A stretch of 64,000 bases of DNA from Candidatus Latescibacterota bacterium. Its GTDB lineage: Bacteria; Latescibacterota; UBA2968; UBA8231. The notes beneath the pieces were generated by a model. That model worked only from the letters and a program-made list of their open reading frames with translations, did not search any database and had not been told where the DNA came from. Each line of letters begins with the position of its first letter. Positions within the stretch are counted from its first letter, which is position 1. Where the stretch lies: the NCBI GenBank assembly GCA_965242865.1, contig CBDETK010000013.1:160001-224000 (forward strand). The letters are read 5' to 3'. The translations under genes were made by a program, and so were the position numbers. This document shows, one piece after another, positions 1-9,437 of the stretch.

Positions 1-1380
1 AAGCTGCAAAACCTCGACTTTGAATACCGGACGAGACTAGCAAAAAAATTCAATCGTTATGCTAATGGGAATTTCAGTTTAGCCCTTCTTTTTTTAATCG
101 CTGGGCATAGACTGCTCAGGCCGCAAGGATGCTTGGCCGTGATTACCCAAAACAATCTATATACTTCTTTCGCAGGTAGTGGCGTTAGATTCTACTTACA
201 GAATCAGCAGTGCATACGGCGGATCGTTGACTTTGGTCATTACAGAGTTTTTAAGCAAGCTAACGCATATACTTGCTTAGTCTTTCTTGGGACCGAGAAG
301 AAGGCTTGTTTTGAATTTGTTAGAATAGAGGGAGCTTGCGTCGATAGTCTCAGAAACGCAACGTTCTCAGAAATTCTTTTTTCAGACTTGCGGGCCGACA
401 AATGGCGTCTAGCAAAAAGCAATCACTTAAGGAATCTTGAAATAATTGAATCGACTGGAAAACCTCTTGGGACCATAGCCTCTATCAAGGTTGGATTTGC
501 AACGCTAAAAGATTCGGTTTTCTTAGTCCGCATAAGGGACGATCAGTACTGTACTGCAAATCCGATGAATCAAGAAACTCACCTAGTAGAAATCGGTCTC
601 ACTCGTCCCGCCGTTAAAGTTGCAAACCTAAATAGAGCGGAAGACATAGAAAAAAATGACTTGCGAATCATCTTTCCTTATAAAAGGATAGAAGAGAAAT
701 ACCGTCTAATGTCAGAGGAGGATATAAAGAATCGATTTCCGCAGGGGTATTCCTATCTGCGGAAATACCGCGATTTCTTAGAGAGCCGAGACAAGGGAAA
801 GAAACGCTACGAAGGATGGTACGCTTGGGGGCGAACGCAAGGAATGGAAGCGAAGGGGCCTAAGCTGCTGACCAAGACATTTAGTAGATTCCCACAGTTT
901 ATGCTCGACAGGAGCGATCAACTTTTTTGTAATGGCTATTCGGTAACTATAAAAGACGATTCTCTATTTAGGGATAAACTTACCATCGAAGTCCTTGAGA
1001 AAATCACCAACAGCAGGATTATGTATTACTACGCGAAACTGACTAGTTTCCAAATTGAAGGTAATTATCAGTGCTATCAGAAGAACTTTATCGAGCGAAT
1101 CGGTATTGTCAATATGACGGAAAGAGAAATGACAACGTTTATAGAACTGCCGAAACTCGAAGCAGACGAATACTTGGAAGGTCTCTATGGGATCAAAAGT
1201 AAAGAAATTGAGGAGATCTGTGGTTCAGCTTTATCGAGCACTAGCACCGTCACTAATCGATCTTGTGCGGATAACTCCGCTCCCACCCCGCCGCCCCGAA
1301 CGCTTTATCGGACCACAGCGAGCCACTCTCCGAGGCATATACCAAGTTGTAATCGTGTGAGGTCTGTACGGAGCGCATGA
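1..1380 (+). CDS. N6-adenine DNA methyltransferase (Eco57I/TaqI-like), 5'-truncated by window edge
   Basis: Frame is open from base 1 (KLQNLDFEYR...). Contains LAVITQNN, IVDFGHYRVFKQANAYTCLVFL and a TaqI-like C-terminal region (WYAWGRTQG...YQKNFIERIGI). AT-richer than the flank. Confidence 0.75.
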   Translation, partial: KLQNLDFEYRTRLAKKFNRYANGNFSLALLFLIAGHRLLRPQGCLAVITQNNLYTSFAGSGVRFYLQNQQCIRRIVDFGHYRVFKQANAYTCLVFLGTEKKACFEFVRIEGACVDSLRNATFSEILFSDLRADKWRLAKSNHLRNLEIIESTGKPLGTIASIKVGFATLKDSVFLVRIRDDQYCTANPMNQETHLVEIGLTRPAVKVANLNRAEDIEKNDLRIIFPYKRIEEKYRLMSEEDIKNRFPQGYSYLRKYRDFLESRDKGKKRYEGWYAWGRTQGMEAKGPKLLTKTFSRFPQFMLDRSDQLFCNGYSVTIKDDSLFRDKLTIEVLEKITNSRIMYYYAKLTSFQIEGNYQCYQKNFIERIGIVNMTEREMTTFIELPKLEADEYLEGLYGIKSKEIEEICGSALSSTSTVTNRSCADNSAPTPPPRTLYRTTASHSPRHIPSCNRVRSVRSA

Positions 1381-2719
1381 TCTCGCGCCAGAGCGCGGCG
1401 TCCAAGCGCCGGTATTCGGCTGCGTGCGCCGCGGATTCGGCGAGGTTGTGCTGCTCTTGGGGATCTTCCTGCACATCGAAAAGCCCGGCCGCGCCATTGC
1501 CGTATTTGACCAGCTTGTACCGTCCGTCGTAGGCCATCCAGCCGGACTGCAAGCCGCCGACTAGCAGGTTGCGCGGCGCATCGCCAGCCAAGCCCAAGCC
1601 GGGCAGGGGCCTAGCATCCATGTACTCGGGAACGCCGTGGCCAGACGAGGCGAGCAGGGTGGCGGTGACGTCCGTGAGGCAAACCAAATCGTCGCACACC
1701 GTGCCAGTGGCCCCGCTCGGCTGGCGAACCAGCATGGGCACGTGACAACTGCCTTCGTAGAAGTTGCCCTTGGCATTTACGCCGTGATCGCCCACTAGGT
1801 CGCCGTGGTCTGAGGAAAAAATGACGAGGGTGTTGTCGAGACGACCGCTTTCCTCCAAGGCCGCGAGGATGCGGCCCACTTGGTGGTCTATCTGCAAGAT
1901 GAGGGCCGAATAGTGGGCGCGCACCTTGCGCTTTTGTTCCTCGGTGTAGGGGCCTTGGGTCTCTGGAGTCCATATCGGCACGCCGGGCCGACGCGGCGGA
2001 TGGATGCCCTCGCGGACATCGCGGTGAATGGGGTCGCCCGGGGCGGGCGCGGGAATTTTATCTACATCGACTTGGGCCAAAAACTCTGGCGTGGGGTCGT
2101 ATGGGTCGTGCGGGCCGGGAAAGCCGACCATGCAGGCGAAGGGCCGTTCGTCGTCGTACTCGCGGATGAAGCGAGCCGCCTCCTCGCCGACGAAGTAATC
2201 CCAATAGCAGTCCCAAGGCAGAAGCGACACGCAAGCACCGCGCTGTTCGTCGTAGCCTACGTGCTCCTTGCCCATGTACTTGCGGTGGCCGCGCTGTTGC
2301 AAGTAGTGCCAGTAGTCGTCTTGGATGTTGACCCACACCTTGTCTTCGCAGGCGATGCGGTGTTGGAAGCCAAAAGAGGCGTCCCAAGGGTAGAAGTGCA
2401 TCTTGCCGATGGCCGAGGTGAGGTAGCCGGCGTCGGTCAACATCTCCGCCCAAGTGCGGATGCCGCATGCGGCACGGTCCGGGCGCAGGTAATTGCCGTT
2501 GGTCAGCACGTGGGTGCGCCAAGCGTTGAGGCCGGTAAGCAGGGAACAACGCGCCGGCACACAGACCGGGTGCAAGCTATACGCGCGATCGTAGCGGATG
2601 CCCTCGGCGGCAATGCGGTCGATGTGGGGCGTGGAAATGTGGGGGGCACCGTAACAACTGAGAAAGTCGTGGCGCAGCTGATCGGGCATGATGAACAATA
2701 GGTTGGGTCGGTCGGGCAT
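1253..2719 (-). CDS. sulfatase-like hydrolase
   Basis: RPNLLFIMPDQLR, CVPARCSLLTG (CxPxR), GKMH, SDHG; start trimmed to MPDRPN. Confidence 0.9.
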   Translation of the reverse strand: MPDRPNLLFIMPDQLRHDFLSCYGAPHISTPHIDRIAAEGIRYDRAYSLHPVCVPARCSLLTGLNAWRTHVLTNGNYLRPDRAACGIRTWAEMLTDAGYLTSAIGKMHFYPWDASFGFQHRIACEDKVWVNIQDDYWHYLQQRGHRKYMGKEHVGYDEQRGACVSLLPWDCYWDYFVGEEAARFIREYDDERPFACMVGFPGPHDPYDPTPEFLAQVDVDKIPAPAPGDPIHRDVREGIHPPRRPGVPIWTPETQGPYTEEQKRKVRAHYSALILQIDHQVGRILAALEESGRLDNTLVIFSSDHGDLVGDHGVNAKGNFYEGSCHVPMLVRQPSGATGTVCDDLVCLTDVTATLLASSGHGVPEYMDARPLPGLGLAGDAPRNLLVGGLQSGWMAYDGRYKLVKYGNGAAGLFDVQEDPQEQHNLAESAAHAAEYRRLDAALWREIMRSVQTSHDYNLVYASESGSLWSDKAFGAAGWERSYPHKID

Positions 2720-2768
2720 GGTCTCATTCCGTTGGTTGGGGTGTTTTCGCGGCCTTGGTGCGCTCATA

Positions 2769-4169
2769 CTAATCTCCTCGGCCAAGACCAGCAAGTACCA
2801 GCCGTTTGAACAGGTCGCCGCGCTCGGCGTAACTGGCAAACTGATCGAAGCTGGCGCAGGCCGGCGAAAGCAGCACCACGTCGCCGGTTCGCGCCCAGCG
2901 CCGAGCGAGGGCGAGGGCTTGAGATAGGTCGCGGCAAAAATGGGCGATCTCGCCCGCGCCCGCCCGCTGTATGGCCGCGGCAATGCGGGGGGCCTCTTGG
3001 CCGATCAGCAGCGCGGCGCGCACCCGGCCCGCGGCAATCGCAGTGCCCAAGGCACTGAAGTCGGCCCCTTTTGTCGCGCCGCCCGCAATCAGCAGCAGGG
3101 GCGCGTCAAAGGCGCGCAGGGCCGCACAGGCCGCATCAACCGTCGTGGCCAGTGAGTCGTTGTAATAGGTGACGCCGGCGCACTCGGCCACGTATTCGAG
3201 GCGGTGGGGCAGGCTCGTAAAGGCGCGTAGGGCCTCGGCAAAGCGGGTCGGCGACGCCCCAAAAGCCAAAGCACCGGCGACAGCCGCGGCGGCATTGGTC
3301 CAATTGTGTTGGCCCCGCAGGGGCAAGTCGGCCACCGGACAGAGGGCGGAGGGCTGCGCCCCGGGGCGAGCGGCCCACAACTGGTCGTTGGCAATCCACG
3401 CGCCCGGCGCGCTCGGGGCGGTGGGGCTAAAGCCCCACAGGGCGGCCGAACTCTCGGCGGCAAAGGCCCGGGCCGTGGGGCAATCCCGCTGGACGATGAG
3501 GATGTCGCCGGGCGTTTGGTAGCGGCACACGGGCTTTTTAGCGGCCACGTATTCGGCGAGATCGGCGTGGTAGTCGAGGTGGTCCTCGGCGATGGAGAGC
3601 ACCACGGCGATGTAGGGGCTTTGGTCGAGGTCTTGCAGTTGAAAGCTGGACAGCTCTAGGACCACGCGGTCGGTCGGCTGCACCTCGTCGAGGAAGTCGA
3701 GCGGCGGCCGGCCGATGTTGCCGCCGCTAAACACCCGGATTGCGGGGTCGGTCGCCAAGAGCGCGTGCAGCAGCGCGGTCGTGGTGCCTTTGCCCTTGGT
3801 GCCGGTGACGCCGAGGACGGGCGCGGGGCACAGCTGTAAAAAGAGCCGAGTCTGGCTCGACACTTCGACGCCGCACCCGCGCGCCGCCTGTAGGCGCGGG
3901 TGTAGCGCTGGCAGGCCCGGGGTGCGGAACAGCAGGTCGAAGTCGGTCAGGTCGTCGAGATAGTGCTCGCCAACGCGCCATTGTTGTACGCCCTCCACCG
4001 GCGTGGCCGGGGCGCGTACATCGCACACAGAAAAGGAAATCTGATGCGCGTGGAGAAAGCGGGCTAGGGCGCGGTTTTCCACGCCGAGGCCGAGGAGGGC
4101 AATGCGCCGCTGGTGCAGGGGTTGGACCGCGCTTGACGCTCGGGGGCTTGGAGATTTTTTTAGCATCAT
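2769..4169 (-). CDS. murD: UDP-N-acetylmuramoyl-L-alanine--D-glutamate ligase
   Basis: GVTGTKGKGTTT, VLELSSFQL, DHLDYH, HRLE, NDSLAT, LLSPACASFDQF. Confidence 0.95.
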   Translation of the reverse strand: MMLKKSPSPRASSAVQPLHQRRIALLGLGVENRALARFLHAHQISFSVCDVRAPATPVEGVQQWRVGEHYLDDLTDFDLLFRTPGLPALHPRLQAARGCGVEVSSQTRLFLQLCPAPVLGVTGTKGKGTTTALLHALLATDPAIRVFSGGNIGRPPLDFLDEVQPTDRVVLELSSFQLQDLDQSPYIAVVLSIAEDHLDYHADLAEYVAAKKPVCRYQTPGDILIVQRDCPTARAFAAESSAALWGFSPTAPSAPGAWIANDQLWAARPGAQPSALCPVADLPLRGQHNWTNAAAAVAGALAFGASPTRFAEALRAFTSLPHRLEYVAECAGVTYYNDSLATTVDAACAALRAFDAPLLLIAGGATKGADFSALGTAIAAGRVRAALLIGQEAPRIAAAIQRAGAGEIAHFCRDLSQALALARRWARTGDVVLLSPACASFDQFASYAERGDLFKRLVLAGLGRGD

Positions 4170-4229
4170 TGAAATCGCAATCCGCGCTTTGATTATAACC
4201 AGCGAGAAGGTGCTGTGGCTGTAACAATT

Positions 4230-4592
4230 ATGCGTACGGTGCGGCCTAGTCCGCAATGGCAAGACAGCTTGATCCGGCTAGCGCCCGGCCAACGGGTCGT
4301 GGTGGATGCCGAAGAAACTTGGTCGCCGGACATGCGCAATCAAATCGCTTGGTGCGGCGCCGATGGCGTGTACAACCTGCCCGCAGAATCGGGCTACCTA
4401 TTACCGGGCGCCAATGTCGGCGCCCTCTTGGGCCGCATTGGCGACGCTGGGCCGGTTTTTGCCCTGGGCAGCCGCTGCGACTTTATCGCCGACCGCGCCG
4501 GCATCCTGCATTTGGCCATGAACGAAAACCCGAGCTTCAACAGCCAAGCCGGCAAAATCGTCGCCCAAATCATCGTCTTTAGCGCACCATGA
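4230..4592 (+). CDS. LecA/PA-IL-like lectin-fold protein (putative)
   Basis: 120 aa beta-rich ORF with GALLGRIG...G.LHLAMNE...N..G pattern; stop overlaps next start. Confidence 0.55.
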   Translation: MRTVRPSPQWQDSLIRLAPGQRVVVDAEETWSPDMRNQIAWCGADGVYNLPAESGYLLPGANVGALLGRIGDAGPVFALGSRCDFIADRAGILHLAMNENPSFNSQAGKIVAQIIVFSAP

Positions 4593-5581
4593 GCCTCGCC
4601 CGCAGTGCGATCGCGCCGCTGGCCGAAGGAGTCTGGCGCGTTGAGGACGCGGCCGGCCGCGATGTCGTGGTCAAGCACCAGCTCTTTGGGCGGCTGACCC
4701 GCGGCCGGGCCTACGATCTGCTCGAAGTGGAGCGCGAAGTGCTCGACATCCTGCGCACAGCCAACTGTCCGGTGCCCGCCTGCCTCGGCGTGGACCCAGA
4801 CGCCCAGTGCATCTTCTTGCAATGGGTGGGCGATCGCCTGCTCGACGACGCCATTCAGGACGGCGACCCAGAGCCGACGATGCAGGCCATTCGCGGGTTG
4901 TGCGCCATTGAGCGCGCCTGCGCCCAACGCGCCGACCGGCTAGTCCCCCGGGTCGTGCCGAGCGCCAGCCGCGCGGCCCTTGCCACCGCTTGGGACGAGG
5001 CCGGAGCGCGGGCCTACGCGGGCATGGAGCAGTTGTGCGGCCGGCTCCAGCGGCCTTTGGACGCCGGACTGCGACCGCTGCTCAAAGCCATGCACGGCTG
5101 GCTAGCGGCGCGGCCGGCCGCGCTGGGCAGCGTTGATTACAACGCGCGCAACGCCGTGGTCGAGCCGGGGGGCACGCGCGTTTACTTCCTCGAATTTGCC
5201 AAAATCGGTTGGGACTGGACGGAACGACGCTTGACGCAGTATGTTACTAGTATGGGCAGCGGCCGGCCGGATGGGCGAATGTGCTCGCTGCTAGACGCGC
5301 CGGCCGCGCGGTTGTACGCCGAGGTATCCGGGCGCAGCGACGGAGCGCGGGCACTCGATTATCACCGAATTTTTTTTCTCCTCAATAGCGCGGCCCTGTT
5401 GGGCGCGGCCCTCGATGGCGAGCCGTACGCGCTGGCCCTGCGCCAGCACTGGAAAAGGCCCCGGGCGCGGCTGCGGCAATGCGCGACCATGCTGGCCGAG
5501 GGCCTGAGCACGGACCCGAGCGCGGCCGAGTTCAGAAGCCGGTTGCAGTTTTGTTTATCACCACGCGGAGGTACTCTATGA
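4589..5581 (+). CDS. protein-kinase-like/phosphotransferase-fold protein
   Basis: VVVKH (catalytic Lys), E-helix, DYNARN (DxxxxN loop), FLEFAKIG (DFG equivalent). Confidence 0.6.
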   Translation: MSLARSAIAPLAEGVWRVEDAAGRDVVVKHQLFGRLTRGRAYDLLEVEREVLDILRTANCPVPACLGVDPDAQCIFLQWVGDRLLDDAIQDGDPEPTMQAIRGLCAIERACAQRADRLVPRVVPSASRAALATAWDEAGARAYAGMEQLCGRLQRPLDAGLRPLLKAMHGWLAARPAALGSVDYNARNAVVEPGGTRVYFLEFAKIGWDWTERRLTQYVTSMGSGRPDGRMCSLLDAPAARLYAEVSGRSDGARALDYHRIFFLLNSAALLGAALDGEPYALALRQHWKRPRARLRQCATMLAEGLSTDPSAAEFRSRLQFCLSPRGGTL

Positions 5582-5844
5582 GCGAGTGGAACACGCTCGA
5601 TTTCAAGCCCCGGGCCCGGGGCATCATCATCGGCGATATTCCTTGGCTGGCGCGGATAGCCGACAAGGCGCGGGCGCACCAGCAACAGCGCATCGGCGAC
5701 TATGTATTTCCCTGACCGGCCGACCAGCGCTTCCTGGAGGAAGTGGAGTTGACAGCCGGAGCATTTGAGGAGATGGTGGCCGCGTCCGACGACGACGATG
5801 CCCTGATCCAAAAGATGAAAGCGCACTTGGCCAGAAAGCCCTAG
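5578..5844 (+). CDS. DUF5069-like small protein with in-frame UGA (5713-5715), candidate selenoprotein
   Basis: GGAGG RBS then ATG 5578; WLARIADKARA...GDYVFP-UGA-PADQRFLEEV... continues in frame to TAG 5842-5844, 1 nt before the next ATG. Confidence 0.75.
5716..5759 (+). promoter_or_regulatory. candidate bacterial SECIS hairpin
   Basis: CCGGC/GCCGG basal stem directly after UGA, CGAC/GTTG middle stem, CGCTTCC-TGGA-GGAAGTG apical stem-loop with loop 19 nt from UGA. Confidence 0.6.
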
Positions 5845-5845
5845 C

Positions 5846-6733
5846 ATGAGCACCCCAACGCGCCCCGCGCGCACACCCAAGCGGAGAGTTCGGGAGCTGG
5901 AGGTGGTCGTCGTCCAAGCGCGCCGCGACACCCCAGACACCACCACGCTCTTTATGTCGGCTGGCGACGAGCCGCCCGCCTACGAGGCCGGCCACTTCTG
6001 CACCATTGATCCGCATCAGTTCGGCGAGTTGGAGCACTTCACCGCCTATTTAGAAGATCAAAAGGGGCAGCGGGAAAAGCCGCGGGCCTATTCCATGGCT
6101 TCTGCACCGCACGAGCAGCATCTGGCCATCACGATCAAAGAGGAACGCTACGAGAGCGGCCAGACCCCGTACCCCCCGCTGCTGTCGCCGCTTTTGACGT
6201 ACTACGTCCAAGCGGGTCGGCGGCTGGTCATCAGCGGTTTTACCGGGGCATACACCTTTCCCCCTGATGTCTGCGACCGCACCGGTCACATTCTCCACGT
6301 GTGTGCTGGCAGCGGCATTGTGCCCAACCGGAGCTTGATCAAGGAAAGCCTGCACCGCGGCGACCCCCTCCGGCACACCTTGCTGTTTAGCAACAAGACG
6401 CGCCGCGACATCATTTACTACGAAGAGTTTGAAGCGCTGCGGGCGCAGTATCCCAGCCAGCTCGACGTGATTCACTGCATCACCCGCGAAGATCCCGTCG
6501 GCATCCGCGGGGCCCGCAACGAGCGCATCTCCGGGGACCTCTTGCGCGAAGTCGCGCCCGACCCTTCGGCGGTGCTGGCCTATAGCTGCGGCCCGGGCAT
6601 CACGCCCTACGAGCGTCGGGCGGCCCGGGCCCAAGGCGAGGAGCCGGAGCCGCGCTTCGTCGAAAACATGGTCGCCCTGTTGCGCGCCCACGGGTTGGAC
6701 AAAGGGCAGATCCGGCAGGAAAGCTGGGGCTGA
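5846..6733 (+). CDS. ferredoxin-NADP reductase-like FAD/NAD(P)-binding oxidoreductase
   Basis: RAYSMAS (FAD), CAGSGIVP (NAD), YSCGPG, C-terminal ESWG. Confidence 0.85.
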   Translation: MSTPTRPARTPKRRVRELEVVVVQARRDTPDTTTLFMSAGDEPPAYEAGHFCTIDPHQFGELEHFTAYLEDQKGQREKPRAYSMASAPHEQHLAITIKEERYESGQTPYPPLLSPLLTYYVQAGRRLVISGFTGAYTFPPDVCDRTGHILHVCAGSGIVPNRSLIKESLHRGDPLRHTLLFSNKTRRDIIYYEEFEALRAQYPSQLDVIHCITREDPVGIRGARNERISGDLLREVAPDPSAVLAYSCGPGITPYERRAARAQGEEPEPRFVENMVALLRAHGLDKGQIRQESWG

Positions 6734-7690
6734 ATGAAGTTGATCGTGCAGATTCCCTGCTTTGACGAAGAGCAGACCCTGCCCGCTGTACTGCGCGACA
6801 TCCCGCGCCAAGTGCCCGGCATCGACCAAGTCGAAATTTTGGTCATCGACGACGGCTCCAGCGACCTCACCAGCGAGGTGGCCCGCGAGTGCGGCGCCGA
6901 TCACGTACTGCGCTTCCCGCGCAACCGGGGGCTAGGGCAAGCCTTTAAGGCCGGTTTTGACGCTTGTCTGCGGCTGGGCGCCGACATCATCGTCAACACC
7001 GACGGCGACAACCAGTACTTCGGCGGCGACATCGGCAAATTAGTCGCGCCGATCCTCTGCGGTCAGGCCGACATGGTCATCGGCGACCGGCAGACGCAGG
7101 GCATTGCCCAATTCTCCGCCCTCAAGCGCTACCTACAGAGCTTGGGCAGCCGAGTGATAAGCCGCCTCGCCGGCGTACCGGTGCCGGATGTGGCCAGCGG
7201 CTTTCGCGCCTACAGCCGCGATTGCGCGCTCCAGCTTTCGACCCTTACCGATTTCGACCACACGGCCGAGCACGTGGTCGAGGCCGGGTACAAGAATTTG
7301 GCCGTTGCTTCGGTCGCGGTCCGCACCAATCCCAAGACGCGCGAGTCGCGCCTCTTTTCCAACATCGGCCAGTTCGTCTTCAAATCCGGGGAAATCAGTT
7401 TGCGGACCTACACGCGCTATACCGCACTCAAAATATTTGTGGCATGCGGCACTTTGACCTTTGTCGCTGGCTTTTGCCTCGGGGTGCGCTTTCTCTACTT
7501 CTTCTTTTTTACCGACCAAGGAGGGCTGCACATGCAGTCGCTGATTTTGGCGGCGATTCTGCTGTTGGCCGGGTTTCAGATGGTTCTCACCGGGGTCCTA
7601 GCCGATTTGATCGCGACCAATAGGCACTTGCTCGAAGACGCCCTGCAGCGGATCAAGAAGTTGGAATTGCGCGGCACGAGCCAAAAGTAA
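6734..7690 (+). CDS. glycosyltransferase family 2 (DPM1-like, C-terminal TM helices)
   Basis: IPCFDEE, IDDGSSD, TDGDNQY, SGFRAYSR, two hydrophobic C-terminal helices. Confidence 0.9.
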   Translation: MKLIVQIPCFDEEQTLPAVLRDIPRQVPGIDQVEILVIDDGSSDLTSEVARECGADHVLRFPRNRGLGQAFKAGFDACLRLGADIIVNTDGDNQYFGGDIGKLVAPILCGQADMVIGDRQTQGIAQFSALKRYLQSLGSRVISRLAGVPVPDVASGFRAYSRDCALQLSTLTDFDHTAEHVVEAGYKNLAVASVAVRTNPKTRESRLFSNIGQFVFKSGEISLRTYTRYTALKIFVACGTLTFVAGFCLGVRFLYFFFFTDQGGLHMQSLILAAILLLAGFQMVLTGVLADLIATNRHLLEDALQRIKKLELRGTSQK

Positions 7691-7694
7691 CTTC

Positions 7695-8642
7695 ATGCCG
7701 AAACCTGCGATTTACATAGACGGCCAAGAGGGGACGACCGGGCTGCGGATTCGCCAGATGCTAGCCGGGCGCGAGGATGTGGAGGTGTTGCTCATTCCAC
7801 CGGCTCATCGCCGCGATCGGGGGGCGCGGGCCGAGTTTCTCAACCGAGCGGATTTGAGCGTGCTCTGCCTGCCCGACGACGCGGCCGCCGAGGCCCTCGC
7901 CTTGCTCGAAAACCCCCAGACCAAGGTCATCGACACGAGCACGGCGCGCCGGGTCCACCCCGAGTGGACCTACGGGCTGCCCGAGATTTCACCCGCGCAC
8001 AAGGAACAAATTCGCCGGGCGCGGCGAGTCGCCAACTGCGGTTGTTATCCCGTCGGCTTCATCCTCGCGGTGCGGCCCCTCATCGAGCAAGGGCTGCTTT
8101 TGCCCACCGCGCCGCTGGCCATCCACGCGGTGTCCGGCTATTCCGGCGGCGGACGCAAAATGATCGCCGAATACGAGGGAGCCGGCGACCGCAAGCCCTT
8201 TTGTCTGTACGGCCTCGATGGCACCCACAAGCACTTGCCCGAGCTATGGAAATTCAGCGGGTGCGAAAAACGGCCGCTCTTTGTGCCGTCCGTGGATCAT
8301 TCGTTCTGCGGCATGGTCGTCAGCACGCCCGTGCCCGCGGAGTTTTTCGCCCGTCCCCCCGTCACGTGCGAAGCCGTACACGAGGTCTGGCGCGAGTGCT
8401 ACAAAGACTGTCCCTTTGTGAAGTTGGTCGCGCCGCAAGCCCCTGTCCTGCGCGACGACAAGTTCCTCGACCTAACCGGATTGAGCCAGACGAATTTCGT
8501 CGAGCTATCGGTTTGGGGCGACCCGCACCAAGGGTTGGTTTTGGTCGGGCGGCTCGACAACCTCGGCAAAGGGGCTGCGGGCAATGCCGTGCAGTGCCTC
8601 AACTTGATGCTCGGTGGCGATGAAACCGCAGGGCTGTGCTAG
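7695..8642 (+). CDS. argC: N-acetyl-gamma-glutamyl-phosphate reductase (type 2)
   Basis: IDGQEGTTGL, ANCGCY, SGYSGGG, DNLGKGAAGNAVQ. Confidence 0.93.
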   Translation: MPKPAIYIDGQEGTTGLRIRQMLAGREDVEVLLIPPAHRRDRGARAEFLNRADLSVLCLPDDAAAEALALLENPQTKVIDTSTARRVHPEWTYGLPEISPAHKEQIRRARRVANCGCYPVGFILAVRPLIEQGLLLPTAPLAIHAVSGYSGGGRKMIAEYEGAGDRKPFCLYGLDGTHKHLPELWKFSGCEKRPLFVPSVDHSFCGMVVSTPVPAEFFARPPVTCEAVHEVWRECYKDCPFVKLVAPQAPVLRDDKFLDLTGLSQTNFVELSVWGDPHQGLVLVGRLDNLGKGAAGNAVQCLNLMLGGDETAGLC

Positions 8643-9392
8643 ATGCTCGTCGATAGCCACTGCCACCTTGACCAATTTGCCGATGCGGACGCCATCCTCG
8701 CCGCGGCCGCTGAAGCCGGGGTGGGGCAGGTCGTCGCCGTCAGCGAAAGCACCCACTCCATGCGTGCGGTGCGCGCCCTCAAGCAGCGCTACCCACGCCA
8801 AGTGCTGGCCGGGCTGGGCTTGCATCCCGCCTGGGTCACCCAAGTCACAGCCGCCGAACTGGCCGATGGGCTCGCCTATCTGGCCGCGCACTTGCCCGAG
8901 GCCGATGTCCTCGGCGAGGTCGGCCTCGACTACAAGTGCGCGGTTAGCCCAGCGCAGCAGGCCCATCAGCAGGATGTCCTCGCGCAGCAGCTCGATCTAG
9001 CGGCTCAATGCGGCAAGCCGATCAACCTGCACTCGCGCCGCGCCCAGCGGCCCACCTTGGAACGGGCTGTAGAGTTTCGCCGCCGCACCCAGCTCAACGC
9101 CCAGCTACACTGGTTCACCCAATCCAAAAAGCTCGTGCGGATATGTCGGGCGGAGGGCATTTACGTCTCCGTCGGCCCGTCGGTGCTGGCCGACCCGCAG
9201 ACCCAAGCCGTGGTCGCGGAGTTGGACCGCGCGTTGCTGCTGTTGGAAACGGACGCGCCCGTGCCCATCGGCGGGGCCGTGGGCCATCCGGCGCGGGTGG
9301 CCGCCGTGGCCGCAAAACTGGCCGAGCTCATCGGGTTCACCGCAGAGGAGGCCGCGGCCAACTGGGCGCGTTATTTGGGCGAGCGGCCGTGA
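8643..9392 (+). CDS. TatD family hydrolase
   Basis: DSHCHL, GLHP, GEVGLD, LHSR, LHWF, ETDAP. Confidence 0.9.
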   Translation: MLVDSHCHLDQFADADAILAAAAEAGVGQVVAVSESTHSMRAVRALKQRYPRQVLAGLGLHPAWVTQVTAAELADGLAYLAAHLPEADVLGEVGLDYKCAVSPAQQAHQQDVLAQQLDLAAQCGKPINLHSRRAQRPTLERAVEFRRRTQLNAQLHWFTQSKKLVRICRAEGIYVSVGPSVLADPQTQAVVAELDRALLLLETDAPVPIGGAVGHPARVAAVAAKLAELIGFTAEEAAANWARYLGERP

Positions 9393-9437
9393 AAACGCTA
9401 GACATTATTGGAAATAGCTAGGTAAACAGGAGGAACC

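Noticed and set aside
5479-5715. ORF-track 78-aa protein ending at the UGA
   Set aside because: The real start is ATG 5578 (with RBS) and family-like sequence continues past the UGA; replaced by the read-through model.
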